Part shown: in pieces, positions 1 through 7,448 of the stretch | How positions within the stretch are numbered: the first letter of the stretch is position 1 | How the letters are laid out: every line of letters begins with the position of its first letter | Assembly (NCBI GenBank): GCA_003345595.1 | Contig: PRDI01000026.1 | Coordinates: 1-26,213 of the forward strand | Direction of reading: 5' to 3' | Length of the DNA stretch: 26,213 bases | Source of the DNA: Candidatus Thorarchaeota archaeon | Lineage (GTDB): Archaea > Asgardarchaeota > Thorarchaeia > Thorarchaeales > Thorarchaeaceae | Notes under the pieces: model-generated | What the model was told of the DNA's origin: nothing | The model's database searches: none | The model's input: the letters and a program-made list of their open reading frames with translations, nothing else | Made by a program: the position numbers and the translations under genes

Positions 1-119
1 TGAGGGTCTACTCGGATCCAGACATCGCAGACAGTGTTCGGAAGCGGTTCGAGAAGGAGTTTCCAGCGGTTGCCAAGGCAAGAGAATCACAGACAGACTT
101 CGACATGACTGAATGCTAG
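1..119 (+). CDS. 3' end of a protein entering from the left edge (partial; ...RVYSDPDIADSVRKRFEKEFPAVAKARESQTDFDMTEC*)
   Basis: Frame starting at position 3 is open from the window edge to TAG at 117-119. It converges on the 167-865 gene. Too short to assign a function. Confidence 0.55.
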   Translation, partial: RVYSDPDIADSVRKRFEKEFPAVAKARESQTDFDMTEC

Positions 120-166
120 ATGTGACGCCTGAGCCCTGGAACTCCAGCATGGGTCGATGTGCACGC

Positions 167-865
167 TCACATAGGTGGAGTCTCAAGATGATGTATCAGT
201 TTCTTGACCTCATTCAGTCCGAACTCAACATAGACGATTCCGTACATCGACTCGAGTAGTGTTCCCTTGATGTGGTCCATTTCCGACCTCGTGGAACTGG
301 GTGGATCAAAGTGAATCCGATGCTCGTAGAGCCCCCAATGATCGCAAAGCCATGCAAGATGCTCGTTGCTCACAAGCTCCGCTCTGCGTTGAGTAAGAAG
401 CCCTGCATTGGAGAAACTCGGCAGCCATAGATGGTGAAGCACAGCCATAGATATGGCCGCGTCACCTACCAGTGCAAGAACCTTGGCCATATCACTCAGC
501 GACGCGAGATCAGTGAATACTTCTGGCTTGACGGACTCATCTGCGGTGCCTCGATAGTGAGTCTCAATCTCAAGGAATAGGTTCCTGGTGCTCGGCTGAA
601 ACATCGCGACAGAAAGCAGTTCGTTCCCAGCGATGGGGAGTCCAAGTACTCCTTCGAGCATTGGTGCCAGAGACTCATGAATCTTGGACAATGAGGAAAC
701 TATGCTGTCCAGCCCGAGTATCCAGCGGCCAATCTTTCCCAACAGTCGGGTGTTGTTACGTGGCGTGCGGGCTTTTGTCGCTCTGACAGTATCCAGCAGT
801 GCACGTAGCTTCCCATCGATTCCGACGGGGTTCCATGCAAGCTGCTTTTCCTGATGAGGATTCAT
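167..865 (-). CDS. Ribonuclease III-domain protein, Mini-III-like (no dsRBD)
   Basis: LEGVLGLPIAGNELLSVAMFQPS resembles RNase III LExxLGYxFxNxxLLxxALTHxS. LALVGDAAI resembles LEFLGDAVL / Mini-III LAYxGDA. GLLTQRRAELVSNEHLA resembles GxLTxxRAxLVxNxxLA. GTLLESMYGIVY resembles ADxxEAxxGAxY. The protein ends after the catalytic domain. Confidence 0.85.
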   Translation of the reverse strand: MNPHQEKQLAWNPVGIDGKLRALLDTVRATKARTPRNNTRLLGKIGRWILGLDSIVSSLSKIHESLAPMLEGVLGLPIAGNELLSVAMFQPSTRNLFLEIETHYRGTADESVKPEVFTDLASLSDMAKVLALVGDAAISMAVLHHLWLPSFSNAGLLTQRRAELVSNEHLAWLCDHWGLYEHRIHFDPPSSTRSEMDHIKGTLLESMYGIVYVEFGLNEVKKLIHHLETPPM

Positions 866-1659
866 ATCATGCCCTCTCCGGGTACGATATGAGTTATGGC
901 AGTTCTCTCGGCGTCATAGTGCTGAACGTAGATAGATGTGAGGGAGTACTGCATCGCTAGGAGGCTTAGAGCCATGAGTATCAACGGTGGTCCAGTAGAC
1001 AGGTTCACGACTGGCTCGGTCTGTGGCAGTATTTCGAGAATGATCTTCTCAATATGCGAGTAGGTTGCCATGAGGTCTCCTCGTATGCGCCCCTCGTCGT
1101 AGCCCACAACCTTTACAGGCAGTTCGTGCCAAGTAGTCTGCCACTTCTTCTCAATCCCTTCCGGGACATACCTGTCGATGTTCTTGGAAACCCCCCTTGC
1201 GAAGCGTTCTTGTTCGACTACCATGCGAAGAAATGCGAAGTTGAAAGTTGCCTCCTTGGTGAGCCACATGACAAGAGGACGGGCCTCCTCAGGGTGTGCA
1301 ATAGACGTGAAGAGGGTCTTTGGTCTGGAAACATTGAGTGCCCTTCTAACGGACTGGATTGCCCTCGGGTGTAGTTCGAATATGCGTTGTTGGGATTCCT
1401 TCCTGCTCACAATTATCCCGAGGTCTTCAAGCTGCTTTGTGTTGAAGTAGAGTTTGGGGTCTGTGACCTTGTAGTCTTCGGGCTTGACGTTTCTCACACC
1501 CGACTGGACTGCTTCAGCAACCATATTCTTCCTGATGCTCTCTCTCAGCTCGGCACCTGTCTTTGGTCCGCCTTCCAGCTGGTCGAGTATGACCTTGCGA
1601 GCCACGACGCTCTCGACCTCCCTCCTGACGATGGTGTCGATCGTGTTGGAGAACATCAT
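862..1659 (-). CDS. Winged-HTH transcriptional regulator (ArsR/PadR-like N-terminus) with a C-terminal CARF-like Rossmann domain
   Basis: N-terminal RKVILDQLEGGPKTGAELRE...KLYFNTKQLEDLGIIVSRKESQQRIFEL is a wHTH. C-terminal KTLFTSIAHP...PLVMWL and DLMATYSHIEKII...VVNLSTGPPLILMALSLLAMQY...IYV follow the CARF/Csa3 pattern (NLSGG/DxTxG strand-loop-helix, terminal YV strand). ATGA overlap with the RNase III gene. The HTH call is firmer than the CARF call. Confidence 0.7.
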   Translation of the reverse strand: MMFSNTIDTIVRREVESVVARKVILDQLEGGPKTGAELRESIRKNMVAEAVQSGVRNVKPEDYKVTDPKLYFNTKQLEDLGIIVSRKESQQRIFELHPRAIQSVRRALNVSRPKTLFTSIAHPEEARPLVMWLTKEATFNFAFLRMVVEQERFARGVSKNIDRYVPEGIEKKWQTTWHELPVKVVGYDEGRIRGDLMATYSHIEKIILEILPQTEPVVNLSTGPPLILMALSLLAMQYSLTSIYVQHYDAERTAITHIVPGEGMI

Positions 1660-1690
1660 GTGTGTTCAAGTCAGACTGTTTCGTTGACGA

Positions 1691-1700
1691 CATATATATG
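1691..1700 (-). promoter_or_regulatory. Putative TATA box (palindromic CATATATATG) for the wHTH-CARF/RNase III operon
   Basis: AT-rich box about 30-40 nt upstream of the ATG at 1659, consistent with a short-leader or leaderless archaeal promoter. Confidence 0.45.
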
Positions 1701-1930
1701 GTATGTATGTTTGTCTGGAGAAGGTTCCGTCCAACAGGAGAGCATACAGAGGGAATATCATCCAGCCCATTACTCACAGCATTGACAATGGCGCCCCATC
1801 ACGACCTCCTATAGGTCCTCCCAGAGGGACAAGTTCACGCGCCCTTATCGACGAGAGCAGTGCGCATATACGATATACATAGGTAATGTAGTTCTTTGTC
1901 TGAAATGACGATTTTTCGTGCCTTATACCG

Positions 1931-1946
1931 TGAAGGCTTAAATACG
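1931..1946 (+). promoter_or_regulatory. Putative BRE/TATA promoter of actin (TGAAGGC-TTAAATACG)
   Basis: TTAAATA box preceded by a purine-rich BRE-like segment. The same TTAAATACG occurs at 9632-9640 upstream of another gene. Confidence 0.55.
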
Positions 1947-2039
1947 CGGCTCAGGGACTTACTGCTTGAACAGGGTTGAGGACACCATGCCAAAGACTCT
2001 GACACAACAACAAGCAAGAAAATGAGGACCGAGTACAAA

Positions 2040-3179
2040 ATGGCTGAAGACGAGTTCGCTGGAACCAAGCCAGTCGTCATCGACAACGGTACTGGCTTGA
2101 GCAAGAATGGGTATGCTGGCGAGGACCAACCGCGAAGTGTCTGGCCTACGTTGATCGGCTATCCACGTTATGAGTCAATCATGACAGATGTCGATCACTA
2201 CACCCGTGACTATTACATCGGGGAAGAGGCCATCAACCTGCGAGGTGTCCTGCGTCTTGTATATCCAATCACGCACGGTGTGATTGATGACTGGGACGCC
2301 ATTGAGAAGATCTGGTCGTACACGTTCTACAACGACCTGAAGGTGGACCCAAGCGAGAACCCGGTGCTCCTCACAGAGGCTCCGTTCAACCCTCGTGAGA
2401 ACAGGGAACGAATGGCATCAGTGATGTTCGAGAACTTCGGAGTCCCAGCAGTCTATGTTGCGACTCAGGCAGTTCTGTCACTGTACGCATCCGGTAGGAC
2501 AACCGGTCTGGTCATTGACTCAGGCGATGGTGTGACACACATAGTCCCTATTTACGAGGGCTTCGCTATCACACACGCCATCAGGAGAATTGACTTGGCT
2601 GGTCGTGACATCACTGAGTACCTACGCAGGCTGCTCAGGCAAAGGGGTTACTCCTTTGTGAGCGGTGCTGAGAAAGAAATCGTGAGGGACATCAAGGAGA
2701 AACTCTGCTACGTCGCACTCGATCCCGAGCGCGAGAGGACAGTGGCTGACAAGGCCGGTGTCGACAAGCCCTACATGCTGCCTGACGGTGAAGTAATCAC
2801 TGTTGGCGCTGAGAGGTTCCAGGCACCAGAGCTGTTCTTCAACCCAAGCGCAATCGGTCTTGACACCTCCCCACTCGACGACCACATCGTCGAGTCAATC
2901 AAGGCCTGTGATGTGGACCTGCGACGTGACCTGTACGCAAACATAGTACTGTCCGGTGGTTCCACAATGTTCCCAGGACTGAAGGAGCGACTCCACAAGG
3001 AGATCACCGAGCTGGTCCCGGAGAACATCGAAGTGCGGATCATCGCACCACCCGAGCGACAATACTCAGTGTGGATAGGCGGCAGCATCCTCGCATCACT
3101 CAAGACATTCCAGAAGATGTGGGTGTCGAAGAAAGAGTTCGAGGAAGCAGGCCCAGAGGTCATCCACCGCTGCATCTGA
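2040..3179 (+). CDS. Asgard actin (Lokiactin-like eukaryotic-type actin homolog)
   Basis: Collinear actin motifs: [135 protein letters not shown]. Acidic N-terminus MAEDEF from ATG 2040; alternative in-frame ATG at 2022. Confidence 0.98.
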   Translation: MAEDEFAGTKPVVIDNGTGLSKNGYAGEDQPRSVWPTLIGYPRYESIMTDVDHYTRDYYIGEEAINLRGVLRLVYPITHGVIDDWDAIEKIWSYTFYNDLKVDPSENPVLLTEAPFNPRENRERMASVMFENFGVPAVYVATQAVLSLYASGRTTGLVIDSGDGVTHIVPIYEGFAITHAIRRIDLAGRDITEYLRRLLRQRGYSFVSGAEKEIVRDIKEKLCYVALDPERERTVADKAGVDKPYMLPDGEVITVGAERFQAPELFFNPSAIGLDTSPLDDHIVESIKACDVDLRRDLYANIVLSGGSTMFPGLKERLHKEITELVPENIEVRIIAPPERQYSVWIGGSILASLKTFQKMWVSKKEFEEAGPEVIHRCI

Positions 3180-3187
3180 GCGGGATC

Positions 3188-3240
3188 GTTTAAGAAGGAT
3201 GGGCTGCAAGGCCCTCCTTCAAACCTTCTTTTCTTTCTTG
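3188..3240 (+). terminator. Stem-loop plus pyrimidine/U tract downstream of actin
   Basis: GAAGGA(T)GGGCT-GCAA-GGCCCTCCTTC hairpin (3194-3220), extendable by GTTT/AAAC, followed by CTTCTTTTCTTTCTT. Confidence 0.7.
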
Positions 3241-3349
3241 AAAGCCGTGTTCTCGAGCGGAAAGTATACTTGCGCTGCTTAGTGAAGCAGCTAGAGGTCG
3301 GTTTTTATTGCTACACATTGCCCCTTGGAAGCCGAGGTGAACCCCAGCT

Positions 3350-4321
3350 GTGCCAAGACCTGCAGTCTACTATGCGCTCCTGACGATCACAATGGCCATC
3401 TGGGGTGGAGGCTGGGTTGCGAAGAAGATCTTGGTTTCGGTTGTGACCCCCTTCACAGCAGGTTTTCTGCGGTTTGCCATCGGAGGTATGCTGCTGGGTG
3501 CATTGCTGCTAGCCAAGCGCGATCTCCCTCAGAAACCGGTCAATTGGTCTCTCACCAAGCTGATTCTCGTAATTGGAACACTCGGAATCTTTGTCTATGC
3601 GACATTGGAGTTTGTTGGAGTGGCTCTGGCAACCGCGGTGCAAGGGTCTATAATCGACGGCTTCTGCCCAACCAGTATAGCGTTGTTTGCCATTCTCATG
3701 CATGGCGAGCGTTTCAGCAACAAATGGAAATACCTAGGATTTCCGGTGAGCTTTCTCGGCGTGCTATTTGTGGTCGGCATTCAGGCACTTGTCGACTTCA
3801 GACCTGAGTACTTCGTGGGTGACTTAGTTCTCTTGGCAGGAGCCTTCCTGTGGGGTTTCTACTCTTCTCTTGTCAAATATGGAGTCAGATTCACCAGCCC
3901 GTTCAAACTCACCACCGGAGCAGTTGTTGTTGGAGCCACACTCTTCGGAATCTCCTCCTTCCTAGAGGGGTCCTTCAGCACGATAACTGCGCTCGATTCC
4001 ACAGTGTGGTTCTGTGCTTTCTACCTTGGAGCAGGGTCCACGTTTGTGGGGTTCGTGATATACTACAGTGGCATCAAGAGTCTGGGCGCGACCCGGGCAG
4101 GCATCTTCCTGAATCTGGTCCCCGTCTTTGGAACGGTGTTTTCAGTTCTGGTCCTAAGCGAGCAAGTCTACATAACCTTCATTCTTGGACTTTTCTTGGT
4201 GGTGTTGGGTGTAGCTATGATCAGCCTACCGGAGAAGAAGCCCCAGTCCTCTGGTCCGGACTCACATGCGCAGCCTCATTTCACAGCATCTGTTCCGCCA
4301 AATCACGACGAGAATCCGTGA
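3350..4321 (+). CDS. DMT/EamA family transporter
   Basis: About 10 TM segments. EamA motifs IWGGGWVAKK, FLRFAIG, GERFS..KYLG, GDLVLLAGAFLWGFYS, GATRAGIFLNLVPVFG, LSEQV. GTG start after GAGGTGA. Confidence 0.92.
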   Translation: MPRPAVYYALLTITMAIWGGGWVAKKILVSVVTPFTAGFLRFAIGGMLLGALLLAKRDLPQKPVNWSLTKLILVIGTLGIFVYATLEFVGVALATAVQGSIIDGFCPTSIALFAILMHGERFSNKWKYLGFPVSFLGVLFVVGIQALVDFRPEYFVGDLVLLAGAFLWGFYSSLVKYGVRFTSPFKLTTGAVVVGATLFGISSFLEGSFSTITALDSTVWFCAFYLGAGSTFVGFVIYYSGIKSLGATRAGIFLNLVPVFGTVFSVLVLSEQVYITFILGLFLVVLGVAMISLPEKKPQSSGPDSHAQPHFTASVPPNHDENP

Positions 4322-4632
4322 CTTGCTGGGTTTTGCACGTGGGAGGGTATGCAACAGCTGCGTAGAAGTTGGACAATCCTAGACATTTTCGAGTAGGGGC
4401 CTAAATAGCTCGAATCAGACGTTTCTTTGAAGCTGACTCGACACATTCCAGCCCCAAGGAGTACGACCCCAGTGCCGTTTCTGGGAGGACAAAGACTCCT
4501 GCGTCCAACTTTGTCCAACTTACAATGAACGGTTGACATCATATCCCCTGATTCAAAGGACACAGATATGTCGGCTCGCCACACGTTTAAGTGCCTCTGT
4601 CACCCATAGAACCTGTTGGAGTGGTTTCGGAG

Positions 4633-6027
4633 ATGAGTCCTCTCATTCACGGCTATTCCTATCTTGTCGAGGTGTCAGCACCATTGTTTGCAGTGAGCTC
4701 TCCTTACGTAACCGCTGCATTTGGGGGGCTGTGGGGCATTATCTGGACCACTCGCTTCGATGTGATATCGTTGACGCTGCCCTGGCTCATACTGACTCCC
4801 TTCGCGGGTGTCGCATTCTACGTAGCCTGCCTGTGGCTGCTCGTTCAAAGGTACAGACACACTACTGAGAACCTCAGGCTCATTGAAATCGTTGCACGAG
4901 CAAAGAACAGGATCGGGCATGCAGGCGACGTTCAGGTCTGGGAAAGAAGATCGGACCGGCCGCTATTGATGAGTTCTCGCAACACTCCTTTCGCTGTAAT
5001 CCTTCTATCAGACACAACCGTGAAGGACATACTTGGGAATGAAGAAAATGGGGAAGCACTCCTAGCCTACAAGATAGCTGGCCTATCGCATTCAGATCGC
5101 CTGCAGCTCCTTCTCAATGCATCCGTCTACTCCAGTGTCGGGGCATTCGCATACTTCGCGATTTCGATTCGAGGTAGTGTGCTCTTCCATGATCCTCCAT
5201 TGCTCGTCTTCCCGGGTGTATTGACAGTTGTGATAGCGGCTCTCATCCACTTTGCTATGGTGCGAGATCGCAAGACAAAGGACCGAAACGCGGAAGTTTA
5301 CCGCTTATACGGAAAGACTAGGGGTGCGTCATTACTCAATGTGTTTGGATTCCCGCTTACGTCTGAGGACAGAACGGAGTATGTCGAGGGCCTCAAGCCG
5401 GGAAAGGAAGAAGGGGGCTTGCCCTTCCTTCGAAACTCGCTTGCTACAGGAGTCGAGGAGATGCTAGCGCGGGAGAACAAGAGGGCGTATCAGGTTCGAT
5501 TCGTCACTCATGGATCTGACAGAGGATCCCTTCTTGTCTTCGGATTGAGGGCATATTGCCGCGATGATGCTTTGTGCCAGATTCCCGAAGCCATCGTCAG
5601 GCTTTTCCCTCATGCAGACATGCTTGGGCCATACGTAGCCTATGAGATGGCTGCAAGCAGAACAAAGGCAAAGGAGGGCATATATGGAATCTTGCTCTCG
5701 ATGCCCGCTCTGGCCCTCTTCTTTGCAGTTATGTCTGTTCAGATAGTAACTGGAAGCCATACGGTCCAAGACGAATTTAGTGGCTTGGCAGCCTTCTTTC
5801 TGTTGTTGTTATGCATTGGTGTTGCAGGCCTTGCTGTTCACTACTGGCGCAGGATGGTCCTGTTCAGACTGGATCTGAATCTAGCAAGAGAATATCCGGG
5901 CCACATTAAATCTATCAGAGTCCTCTTAGATGCACGATACGAAACAGGGCCAGGATGGATATCTCTGAGAGAGAGGCTGCAACACTTGGACCGGGCAAGC
6001 ATATCGAAGGATGATTCCTGGGAGTGA
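4633..6027 (+). CDS. Multi-pass membrane protein with two degenerate M48/HtpX-like segments (no HExxH)
   Basis: Long ORF (open from GTG 4591; ATG 4633 preferred) with several TM helices. GEALLAYKIAG and GPYVAYEMAA sit where EAVLAHELGH would be, each followed by TM pairs. Confidence 0.6.
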   Translation: MSPLIHGYSYLVEVSAPLFAVSSPYVTAAFGGLWGIIWTTRFDVISLTLPWLILTPFAGVAFYVACLWLLVQRYRHTTENLRLIEIVARAKNRIGHAGDVQVWERRSDRPLLMSSRNTPFAVILLSDTTVKDILGNEENGEALLAYKIAGLSHSDRLQLLLNASVYSSVGAFAYFAISIRGSVLFHDPPLLVFPGVLTVVIAALIHFAMVRDRKTKDRNAEVYRLYGKTRGASLLNVFGFPLTSEDRTEYVEGLKPGKEEGGLPFLRNSLATGVEEMLARENKRAYQVRFVTHGSDRGSLLVFGLRAYCRDDALCQIPEAIVRLFPHADMLGPYVAYEMAASRTKAKEGIYGILLSMPALALFFAVMSVQIVTGSHTVQDEFSGLAAFFLLLLCIGVAGLAVHYWRRMVLFRLDLNLAREYPGHIKSIRVLLDARYETGPGWISLRERLQHLDRASISKDDSWE

Positions 6028-6143
6028 GATGATTGGCGACCCTGGTTGGGGGAACTGCCTATCCATAGGTGTGGCTAGGCCCCTGCTTTTGCCACATCCT
6101 AACATCTCAACAGAAAGAATGGACGCCTGTCCACTATCAGAAG

Positions 6144-7118
6144 CTAGACCAGAGCACTTGGATGGTGGTCGGCACTATTCGCCGAGCCCGGTATCATGTA
6201 CAGGCCGCTTCCAGAGTAATCACTCCAAGAGTTGCCCCGACTGACCCCATCGTCCCAGCTGTCATTCGCACCGTCATCCCACGCATTACTCACATTATTC
6301 CAGCCTAGGTTGTTGTCAAACACGATAGTCCAGCTGGCATCCGCGTATACTTTCAGTCCAATTCCTGAATTGTACAGCACCTCGTTTCTCGTTACAGTCC
6401 AGTTGACACAACCGACCTGTAGCTCGATGCCGCTGGTGCTCTCCGTGACACTGTTGTTGTCCAAGTGGCACCCGTGGGAAAACTGTGCCATGACTCCGAT
6501 GTAGCTATCGTACACGGTGTTGTTGTGGATGTCCGTGAGATTGCTGCCGCAGAGAGTGATTCCAAATGTGCAGTTGCCGACAGTATTGCCCGTAATTCGT
6601 GTTTCTGGTGAGATGCTGGCATTGATTCCAAAGCCAGTATGCTTCACCCTGCAGTATTGAACGGAACATCTATCACACTGGAAGAGCTCAATACCGGATA
6701 GACCACCTTCAGCCCGGCATCCGCTGACTATTACTTCGTGGGCTTCGGAGACATACAAGGCGCGTCCATTCATATCTGTAGTTCGGAGTGCACAGTTCCT
6801 GATGATGAAAAATGCTTCGACAGACTGGATATCGATACAGTTGCTGGACGAGACGATGCTCAGGTTCGCAATCACATAGGGATCCGATTGAGTTCCGTTT
6901 CCAGGCCACCCTTTCATTTCTGCCTGCACTGCGAAATCGACGTCATTCGTTATGTGAATCGGTTCATCTCGGTCCACTATCGGAGTATCCGTCCCGTCAT
7001 CACTCGTGGGATTCAGAAGATTCGAGAACGTGTACACAGTCGCAGCGGCCGCCACTACGAGAACCACTATGACCACGACTGCAACCTTGCCCGACCCGCC
7101 ATGGGTGATTTCCACCAC
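6144..7118 (-). CDS. Membrane-anchored right-handed parallel beta-helix (NosD/PbH1) surface protein
   Basis: N-terminal TM (VAVVVIVVLVVAAAA), GWPGNGTQSDPYVI motif, repeated GIxL/NxIxxNxV coils, C-terminal GNSWSDYSG...DHHP typical of archaeal NosD-domain proteins. Confidence 0.88.
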   Translation of the reverse strand: MVEITHGGSGKVAVVVIVVLVVAAAATVYTFSNLLNPTSDDGTDTPIVDRDEPIHITNDVDFAVQAEMKGWPGNGTQSDPYVIANLSIVSSSNCIDIQSVEAFFIIRNCALRTTDMNGRALYVSEAHEVIVSGCRAEGGLSGIELFQCDRCSVQYCRVKHTGFGINASISPETRITGNTVGNCTFGITLCGSNLTDIHNNTVYDSYIGVMAQFSHGCHLDNNSVTESTSGIELQVGCVNWTVTRNEVLYNSGIGLKVYADASWTIVFDNNLGWNNVSNAWDDGANDSWDDGVSRGNSWSDYSGSGLYMIPGSANSADHHPSALV

Positions 7119-7448
7119 CTGTGACCTCCTCTAGACGATGAATCCTTGTTCGCATCGAACCCTCTTTAACCTGAGCAATCACGCTGGGAGCGTAGGTCGC
7201 TCTCCGAATCATTTGACTGGTCCATCGAGTTGCAGGTTCATCTTTCTTTTCCTTGAACGTATGCATGACTCTGCCGCTTGGTTTGCAGTGATGTGTTTCC
7301 TCATCGAATGGGCACACATTAATAGCAGGGTTCCTGCAGTCGTACTAGTCCGGTCCTTAGCCAAAGATGACGAAGAGCTGACTCTCTTCTGACTATGACA
7401 CTAGGAATCCGAAATGACAGATCCATTACTAATCAAGTGATACAAACA

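Noticed and set aside
1835-2104. 89-aa minus-strand ORF with a hydrophobic stretch
   Set aside because: Overlaps the actin start and promoter in antisense; the hydrophobic run is just the complement of the A/C-rich leader.
3188-3224. Hairpin after actin as a SECIS element
   Set aside because: Actin has no internal TGA, and the hairpin is short and lacks the tandem GA core; a terminator or stability role is simpler.
4303-4584. 93-aa minus-strand ORF in the intergenic gap
   Set aside because: No motif, atypical composition, overlaps the DMT gene end; the region is better explained as non-coding.
7000-7392. Small ORFs upstream of the radical SAM/SPASM gene as possible RiPP precursors
   Set aside because: No leader/core pattern, repeats or convincing RBS; the region is the divergent promoter gap.
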